DNA from: Curvularia clavata
Lineage: Eukaryota
Length of the DNA stretch: 64,000 bases
Direction of reading: 5' to 3'
Assembly: GCA_023920165.1 (NCBI GenBank)
Contig: CP089277.1
Coordinates: forward strand, 558,001-622,000
Part shown: piece after piece, positions 61,412 through 64,000 of the stretch
Position numbering within the stretch: the first letter of the stretch is position 1
How the letters are laid out: the number at the start of each line of letters is the position of its first letter
Notes under the pieces: generated by a model
Databases searched by the model: none
What the model was told of the DNA's origin: nothing
The model's input: the letters and a program-made list of their open reading frames with translations, nothing else
Translations under genes and position numbers: made by a program

Positions 61412-62883
61412 TTACAAGATAAGAGCGCCGCCGAAAATCGAGGAAGCGAGGACAACGGCACCGCAGACCAAGGGAGCGAAGCTGAAGCTCATGGGGCGGA
61501 CCGAGGCAGCAGCGCCCTTGGAGGCAGCGGCACCGGTGGCGGTGGGAGTCTTGCCACCAGAAGTAACGGCACCGTTGCTAGCATCGCCAATGTTCTCGTC
61601 GGAAGAACCAGCGTCCTGGGAACCATCGCCCTTGAGACCAGGGCCAGAGCCTGCACCCTTGTCGAAGAGCTCCTTAGCACCGTCGGGAAGAGAGGGAAGC
61701 TCGTTGCTCTTCAGAGTGACGTCCCAGGTCTTGGATTGGGAAGGGCACTGGGAAGCCGAGCCGTTGGCCATGTAACCGCCATCGCCGCTGGGGTTGGGGG
61801 TACCGGCGAAAGCGCTCTTGAGGGCGGTGAAGTCAGCACGCTCCTTGACGCTGCCATCGTTGATCTCAACAAGACCATAGTTGGAGTCTTCCTGAGAGTA
61901 TTCGTAAACCAAACCACCGCTGTAGCTCTTGGTCATCTTGGGGTCATAGAGAGCCTTGACTTCCTCAAACTTGCGGGTGTTGGTGTTGCAGCCATACTCG
62001 GACAGGCTATACAGGGTTAGAACACAATACTCTGGAGTATTTCAAACATGAGCCAAGACTTACAAGATGGGGATGCTGTAGTTGGAGAACTTCTGGACCT
62101 TGATGTTCCAGCCAGAAGTCTCGTAAGAAGAGGGGTCGCACCACGAGTAGTCGTTGAAACCGAAGAAGTCGCTGCGGACGGCATCGTCACCACAGTTCAT
62201 GTAGTTGGCCATCTCGTAGCGGTTGGACTCGACGTCAGCAGCGGAGTAACCAACGGGAACCTTGCGGAGGCCACGAGCGTTCATGTACGACTTGAGGTCA
62301 CGAGTAACAGCCTTGACGTAAGGAGCGCAGTTGGTGGTCTTGTCGTCGTTGATGACCTCGTTACCCGAGAAGAACAACAGAGTGTTGTCGTACTTGGCGA
62401 ACATCTCGACGGTAGCGAACAAACTCTGGAGGTAGACCTTGTTGTACGACTTCTGGGGGTTGGCACGGTTGATGGAGTACTTGGGGGTATTGACATCGAG
62501 AGCAAGATAGATGCCAGCGTCGGCGAGGAGGCCCATGCAAGTGTCGTGGTTAGCACTGTTGTCTACAGTGTAGACACGGACAGTGTTGATGCCCAGCTCC
62601 TTGAACTTGGCGATATCGCGCTTGCAACCCTCCTCGTCGGCAATGGGGTCCTTGGCATCAGAAGCGCCACCAGGCTGGTAGTCAACACCACGAATGTAGA
62701 AACGCTCGTTGCCGGCCCAGAAAGCTAGTTTCAGTTAGCAACTGTAGCACTGTGCCTATCCACGGCGAGCCACCTACCGTTTCCCTTGACAGTCACTGGA
62801 GTGATCTTGGAGTCGCGCTTCTGAACGGTGGGTTTAGCGAAGGCGGTGGCCGCAAGAGCGGCTGTAATGACAAAGCCCTTCAT
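61412..62883 (-). CDS. gel1: GPI-anchored beta-1,3-glucanosyltransferase, GH72 (Gel/Gas family, no CBM43/X8 Cys-box), ~453 aa; exons 62883-62778, 62724-62064, 62006-61412
   Basis: Signal peptide, RFYIRGVDYQPGG, catalytic FSGNEV and LSEYGC, YSGGLVYEY, S/G/A-rich linker and hydrophobic C-terminal GPI signal. Paralog number is uncertain. Confidence 0.93.
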
Positions 62884-64000
62884 GATGATGGATTTGGAAG
62901 TGGTGGTGATTATGGGTCGCAGTGTAATCGGTAGAAGCAAACGAATGCGGAGAAGAAAGAGTAGTAGGGAAGCAAGCAGCAACTCCCGTTGAAACGAGTG
63001 TGAGAAGTTGCGATTGGATTAGACGAAGAAGAAAAAAGTGTAACGGAAGAAGCAACAAATGCTGTGTCGTGAGCGAAGGCGGGTTATCAGGGGAAAAAGA
63101 GGGCAGGAATCGGAAACAAGATTAATACATGGGGCAACGGGCCCATAGCCAAAGACGACGCGTCCAATTTTAGCGGCATACACCTGGCGGTGCTCATTGG
63201 CTGTGGCGGCGGCAGATCACATGTCGCGAAGGCGCCAACCCCTGAAGTAAGCTCAACCAAGGCCACTCAAGCGCAGGACTGGGGACCGGGCGGCCATGGC
63301 AGTGATGCTTGGATCGACTATCTGTCATGCAATACGGAGACGAGTAACCCGCTCCCAGCTGAGACACGCGTTTGCTGTCAATCAGTCTCTCTTTTGACTC
63401 TCTCCTCCCCACTTTCTCAACGGCGATCCGAATCAACCAGCCGCCCGCGGTGTACTTGTATTTCGTCACTCCCCACGGACCCACACGCGGATACAGGACC
63501 GAGATTAGCTTTGGACAAGTCGGACAGACTCCCATGTCAAGTAAATACGATGCCATTGTCGCATGCTTGCACGCATCTGGCGACTGGGCTGCAACTGCGT
63601 GCGATTCAATGATGGCCTGCGACTTTTGCCCTAGTAAGAATGTGCAAAACACCGACCATAGTTTCGGCCTGGAACCTCTAACACTGGTTTCGGGCAATCA
63701 AGTGCCACTCTTCTTGGCTATCCCCATTTTGCGCGATCGAGAGGCTTTTATTGGCCCGTCGTATAGACATGGCATCATCAGCTCTAATTCTAGACCGAGA
63801 GCCGCACCCTAGCCAGGGCAGCTACAAGGTACAATCACGGAATGGGACAGCCCTAGGAAGTTACACAGCCGTTTTCGACATGGCTCTGGTAAGCTAGTCA
63901 GTAGGTAGCTAGAGCTGCATCGTTTGCCGGCTTTAAGGAGTTCGGTGTATGTTCTTGATGTGAAGCAGAGGGTTGCTTGATAATTTTCGACGAGTCAATT

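Noticed and set aside
62048..62728. 226-aa + strand ORF
   Set aside because: Antisense shadow of the highly codon-biased GH72 gene.

Overview
Eukaryotic, intron-rich genomic DNA from a filamentous ascomycete. The gene set and short GT-AG introns with CT(A/G)AC-type branch sites suggest Pleosporales/Dothideomycetes, but the taxonomy is inference. I reconstructed 15 conventional protein-coding genes by hand, 14 spliced and one single-exon, and every summed exon length is divisible by 3. In order they encode: an ICL/PEP-mutase family C-C lyase (DMML-like), a Leu3/Sef1-family Zn2Cys6 factor with a polyQ tract, an unknown coiled-coil protein, a group II G-alpha, mitochondrial mS38/Cox24, a secreted Asn/Gly/Ala-repeat protein, a PTH11-like membrane protein, dynactin p25, an AmdX/Adr1-like C2H2 factor, Maf1, AP-1 sigma, the glutamate-cysteine ligase modifier subunit, a 901-aa disordered protein, a GM130/Bug1-like golgin and a GH72 Gel/Gas glucanosyltransferase. 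I saw no rRNA, tRNA, CRISPR array or recognisable transposon. The most notable items are: (1) a 58-aa CxxC-x17-CxxC zinc-ribbon microprotein candidate missed by the ORF track; (2) a Leu3-like regulator directly beside an alkylmalate-lyase-like gene; (3) tandem splice acceptors that could switch that regulator's polyQ/acidic tail on or off; (4) a coiled-coil protein with GM130/Bug1-type termini. None of these is proven from sequence alone.
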